A stretch of 64,000 bases of DNA, taken from assembly GCA_036172245.1 (NCBI GenBank), contig JAYWIR010000001.1, positions 1,240,001 through 1,304,000 of the forward strand. The letters are read 5' to 3'. The notes below the pieces were generated by a model. That model ran no database searches. It was not told the DNA's origin and saw only the letters and a program-made list of their open reading frames with translations. The translations under genes and the position numbers were made by a program. The stretch is from Raillietiella orientalis (Eukaryota). This document shows, piece after piece, positions 58,601 to 64,000 of the stretch; position 1 is the first letter of the stretch, and every line of letters begins with the position of its first letter.

Positions 58601-61020
58601 CACCAGAAGTCCGCAGGTTGCGAAGACCTTGAAGAAATGCGTACCCGCAGGGAGGATGTGGGAGTAACCATCAATTGATTCGTTCAAGGATGGATCCTCC
58701 AGCATCCGTTGCCCATCGGGAAGGAGCGAGTCCTCCGTGTGCATTCCCCCCTTTCCTCGACCTCCTCTCATTTGGGGCGTGAGGGAATCCTGTGGCTTTG
58801 CATGCATTGCCTTCAGGAGAGGGAGACGGCGGAGGTGCTCTTCTGCACCGCATTTTCGGCGTAGGCGGCTGCGAGTTGCCTCCCTTTGTTGAACCTTACG
58901 CGACCTGCCAGGAAAACGAGGAAATCGCCTTCATCCGTGTCGCCATCGTCCATCTGACAACGTTGCCAAGCAAACCAGATTGGAATCCTCAAGAGTGAAG
59001 GCGAATGCGGTGGAAAAGTTGCAGCGGTGCTCCTCCGACGAGCTGCCGTTCCTCGGTAGTAAGCCTTGGTGAACCAGACAGGGAACCACATTTGCTGAGC
59101 TTCGGCTCAGGAGTTTGGCTTCAGGCGGTAGTAAAACTTTAATTTGTACTTGTCTTCTAGTCTTGTGCACATTCAAACCATCCCAGAGAGAAATCTCAGC
59201 CTTCGATTAAACCAAGCCCAAATGAGGAAAGAATCGTCAGCTTGATTTTTCGCCCCTCCTGAAGATTATGAATCCACACTTGAAGAATGGATTTTTGCTG
59301 CTCCCACATGTAGGGAGATTTTCCCACCTCACCAAGAACACCAGAAAAGCCGGAAGCTTCCAGTTTTTTGCATCCATCGCAGGCATTTACGGTTAGTGAG
59401 TTAGCTATCCACCGAAGTTACCCGGAGGATTAACTGCGAACACCGAAACCACTCTCATGCCCTGCGGTCGTCGCTTGCAGCCCTGTAGAAATTTCCCGCT
59501 TGGACGCGCATTTGTGTGGGGCTTCTCTATCAGTTCCTCTTTAGCCCCCATGTGGAAAATTCCAGTCACTCTCCTCACAAGGGTGGGATGTTGCGGAGAC
59601 CCAGATTTTCCTACTGATGCTGGCAAAAGGCATCTGAAGTCCCTTCAGAGTCGTGTCTTCACCTCTTCGATGACTCTTCTGTCAGCCACAAGCTTCAGTC
59701 CACGAATCCATTATGCGAAAAATAAATCCACTATCCGCGAAATGTTTACTCGTTGCGAACATTTGCTGGTGTGACCAGGTGGCGTTTTGTGAGGTGTGCG
59801 ACATGCATCTGCAACATTCTTCATGGACTTCACTACTTTCCTTCGTTTTGGATGATGCAGTCTTCGTTCCTCGGATTCACTGTTTAGCTCTCAGGTTTTT
59901 GCGGAGGGCAACGAGATGGCTCCACATGGAGAAAACTCGTGAAGAACTTACAGCCTCGAGAGGATGTCGGTAGGTTCTTCTACGTTGAAGATTCGCGAAG
60001 TAGCAGAAATGATGCTACTGGAGGCAGGATTCATCACATTCTTCAGATATCAGCAGTTTTCGTGCTAGTTTTCACCTTCGTTTCCTCAGAGGGTTCCTGG
60101 GGCTTAATCCACATAATCATCTCTCCCATACCCCGTGTTTTGATCGACCTTCTTCGACCCGTTATTCCTGTTGCAAATTCCGCACAAGAGTATGCAAGCA
60201 TTGTTGCAAGAAGACTGACTGCTAAGCCTTTCAATGTATGGTATCGTCTTCTCGCAGCTTTCCTGCTTACCTTCTTGAGAGCAGCTTCAACTCTCCAGGC
60301 GCAGAGTGGCTTCCGCATCTTTGGATAGTCGCCTCAGTATGTAAGATCAATGGTCACCTCTAGTGCACCGGATGCACGAGGCCAGCATAACGTTGCTTTG
60401 TTAGTGTGTCAGTATGGCAAGCCATGGTGGACCAAAGAGGGAACCACATTTGCTGAGCTTTGGCTCAGAGGTTTGGCTTTAAGAAGTAGTAAATCTCTAT
60501 TCGTATTTCCGACTGATACGAATCCAGTGCACATTGATCTGTTGGTATGTCAGTGTTTCATTCAGTGCACTCAGTACACTGCTGGTTCTTACAGCTTGGT
60601 TCCAAATATGGAGGCTGTTGCCGCTATGAATAGTTTATGGATGATGCCCACGAGTGAAGACTCACAATTTGTACGGATGGCAAGTGGAAAATTATACGAG
60701 GTGCAAGTCACCGAACTGCACCGACCTATTCCTAGTCCTTGGAAATGCACTTGGGATTTTCTTTATCAGGAGAAACAAACGATTGAGATAGATCTAATGA
60801 GCAGGTAGTAATTCGGAATGTTGGTCATTTTATCCCAAAAGAAAACAAGGAAAATGAATCCATTTTGATAAGATGAGATGATTCGCATCAGTTATTACTG
60901 CCACGTCAGGAAGCCATCAAAGAGTTCGTTAGAGCAAAAATCGGAGTTTTGCTGACAGGAGTAGAGTAGGGCAGCTAACGAAATAAAGGCTACCAATTTG
61001 TTCCATGAAAATCTTCTATG
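58600..61020 (-). mobile_element. Utopia/NeSL-like C-terminal fragments with a ~115-bp duplication (59061-59173 / 60419-60535) and a plus-strand block at about 60540-60810
   Basis: Minus: LKPN, LFHRIRL. Plus: SLWMMPTSEDSQFVRMASGKL..RPIPS..DFL (linker helix). The two repeat copies share a 23-nt identical core. Confidence 0.5.
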
Positions 61021-61239
61021 CAAAAAAGATTAGCAAATGAAAAAGAAAACTTAGAAACACACGTGGAAAACTTTTTTGCTTTGATCGTAAGTGAAAACTC
61101 AGATGAAAGACAGAAAAAAAAAAAAAATTCAAATGAGCGATATTCAGAAATAGGCTTCGTACTAAGAGTTAAAATCAAGAATTCAGTGAACAGATTGAGG
61201 AAATCCCTGTGGACACCTTCGAGGTCCCTCAACCGCCGC

Positions 61240-62370
61240 AAAAACTCAGAGGAGCCGCGTCAGGATGCCGGCCTGGGCGTCCCGACGCTGAGAAACGACC
61301 GGGTCCCACGTGCAGCCCCGGCAACTGGTGCTCCGTGGACTCCAAATTGTCGACCTCGGAGTGCTTGCCACGTCCTTCCGCCGGCAGCGAAGCGCTCTTA
61401 TCGCTACAAGGTGCGCGGGCCTGGCTTCTCCCGGAGGCGACTCGCCCCTCCTTCCCGGAAGTTCACCCTTCGCTTTCCGCCTTAGTAAGGCGGCCACCAG
61501 TACTTCGCCCCTGCGGCGTCTCCGGAGCCCTCCGCTGGAGGGTGCACTGCAGGACAGGACGGAGTGGTCCCACCTGGCCGCCACACTCCTTGGCGACCCT
61601 TGCCAGTGGGAAAGTGTAGCAATTTGCCCGCACCATCGTAGGAGCAGCCAAATCCCTCGGCGGGGTCGACGCGACGGCTCGCTCCCGGAAGAAGGAACCA
61701 CGTCGGTGGAAGCGATCTCCTTGGCGCTGCCCCTTAAGCACTTGCGGTACCTCCCCACACGCGTGCGCGCTGCGGTGCTCCCCCTACGCTCGAAAACGAG
61801 CACGTTGCTGTTTCTGCTCTGGGGTGCCCACTGCAGGCGGAGTGGGGACCCGCTTCCAGGGTCAGTTGCGGCATCCGAAATGCTGAAGGGTGCGCTGCCC
61901 ACCACGAACTGCGACGGGCGCTGCCGTCAGGGCTGTTCAACACGAAGGACATCGCCTTGGCCCGGCTGCGGCGGCGATTCTTCGCGCGCTGCGGACCCTC
62001 GGTCCGCGCACACGAGTTGTCGCGTCCGCGCCCGACCCGCACTGCCGTGGGGTCGCAGGCACCGCGAACGGAGGCCGCCTCCCTTGCTTCTTCCAGGCCT
62101 CGCCCGAGACAGCAAATCGGCGCGGAGGTCGGTGTCATCAGGCGCCGCTTCTACTGGCAGAAGGAACGGCCGAAACCCTCCTGTCCTCACCTTCTCCCCT
62201 TTGTTTATTGATTTGTTGTCCCCTCTCGTTCGTTCCGGCCTTTCCGAGTGACCGACTTGCGTGTCGGCGGACCCTCCCCTCGAATCTCCCCCTTTTCGTT
62301 CCGGGAGCGGCCCTCTCCCGACTCGTTCCTTCTTCCTGGATAAACGCCGCGCACTGACCGGCTGGTGACA
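61240..62370 (+). mobile_element. 5'-truncated L1/Tx1-like element (post-RT region to 3' end)
   Basis: DAGLGVPTLRN (GGLG motif), GALPTTNCDGRC..GC (zf-RVT-like), pyrimidine-rich UTR, GATAAACGCCGCGCACTGACCGG end. Confidence 0.6.
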
Positions 62371-64000
62371 AATCGCACGCCGAGCTGAAAAGGAAAAAAG
62401 GGGTGGAAATCGGGGAGTGCAGGAATTGCTTGTTCTCGGGGTGCAACGCGACGACGGCGGGCGCGCGAAGAGAGGGAAACGCTGGCTGAACATCGCTGAG
62501 GTCTGCTGCGGAAAATGCCCCGAGGGCTGGTGGCGCGCCACCCGCCGTGCGTGCATTGAAACCGTCACGCATTCTTGTCCGCGTTTCGGCACGCGTCCTC
62601 GGGTCAGTTCCCGGTTCCTTTCGCAGAGGGATTTCGGGCGGATGTTCCTGTTGTTACAAGGATGGACGACGGGAGGTTGCGCCGAAGGATGGAGGTCATT
62701 GGCGCTCATCCACTCGAGCACCGGGATGGAATGGTGGATCGCTTCAGCCGACACGCGTACGTTCGCATCATGCGCACGTTGAATATGAGTGATCTCGCAG
62801 GTCGCAGGCTCGCTCCACGCACTCTTGTTGTTCTTGCACAACTTGTGTGAACAAACGCGAGGGCGGCATGCATATGTGTACGACTCTGTCTACGCTGGTA
62901 CTTCAACCGAATGCATTACAGCCCACGCGTGGCCATCCCTTCCTTTGCAAACAGCAATCTCTCTCGGCTCACGCATCCTGCAGGTGCGCATATGCGTCCC
63001 ACCCTCCCTCCTGTTTGTTGGTGTCCGAATGCACACTCACGGAGGTGCGTTGACACGAAACGGTCGCTTTTGTCGCGAGGCTGGCATTGGAGTTGGGTCT
63101 CGGCGAAAAATTGCAGCAGCCTGATGCATTACGGTGTTCCTTCCATCCTGCCGTCAATCCAGGGTGTTTCTTCGTTGCAACTCCGCTGTTTGCACGCAGC
63201 ATGGACGCGTACGTATCGCCTCCGCCCATACGCGCTTGTCCGTTGCACTGCAAGGTGTGTACGCTGCTGCTTCCAGTGGTTGCTTGTCGGTCATTCCACA
63301 CGTGGCAGTGGCAGACATCTCGATCGCGGGATGCCGGTCTGGTTGACAGGGGGCATTCCTGTGCTGAAATGCGACCCCGTTTGCAGACGCGGGACGAAGG
63401 CAGCTCCGGGTACGACTCGGTTGGGATGCACTTTGCGTGTTCCGACGTCCATGTTGTGTTCTTCCTCTTCCTTCTCTTCACGGGCTGCTTGACTTGCAGT
63501 GACGTGCCCGTTCGCTGCTCCGTGGATGGTCCAAGCCGTAGCGCGAGGACCACCGAGGTTGGATCAGTCAGGCCGGTCTCGGCTGTGGATGTCAGGGATG
63601 CGTGGGAGGCGGAATCGCCAGTGGACCTGAAGACCGAATGGTCATGATGATGATGCCAACAAATCCTGCACGTTAGAAGGTGGATGGATTGGTGTAATGC
63701 GTGTGTTGGCTGTGATCGTTGCTGTTGCTAACCCTGCACGCCTATTAGAGCGTTCCGTGGTTTCAAGAAATTATTTTCCAGCGATAGAACATGACCAGCA
63801 AGTTGCGTATTCGAGGTCACCCTCCTCCGTGTTCTCGAGAGTTTGTGTTGGTGGTGAATAACGAGCTTGAGATTTGTGCGACCGTATAAGCACCCTCAGA
63901 ACTTTCGAGAACATTAGTACACTCTTCAAATTATCTTCACTTGGAGCGTACGAGTAGCAGCATCACAAACGTAACAAAAGGTTTTGCCTTTCCTATCCAT

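Overview
Eukaryotic (animal) genomic DNA. The 40-59 nt introns and TTTCAG-type acceptors suggest a nematode-like genome, but the taxon is not determined. One intact protein-coding gene is present: a minus-strand protein phosphatase 1 beta catalytic subunit (7 coding exons, ATG at 50660, 6.7-kb first intron), lying in an AT-rich island at about 41.5-53.5 kb. Both flanks are dense fields of frameshifted non-LTR retrotransposon relics from two groups. One group is RLE-type elements resembling Utopia/NeSL (RT, CCHC knuckle, PD-(D/E)xK endonuclease). The other is GC-rich L1/Tx1-type elements (ORF1 knuckle, APE, RT), several sharing an AATAAA-plus-hairpin 3' end. The most unusual signal is that most relics appear to carry an internal block of roughly 0.3-0.9 kb flipped to the opposite strand, with motif order preserved once the block is re-inverted. 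Many short inverted duplications also occur. All TE motif calls come from by-eye translation and remembered family consensus motifs, so TE boundaries are approximate (+/-100-200 bp). No database searches were run.
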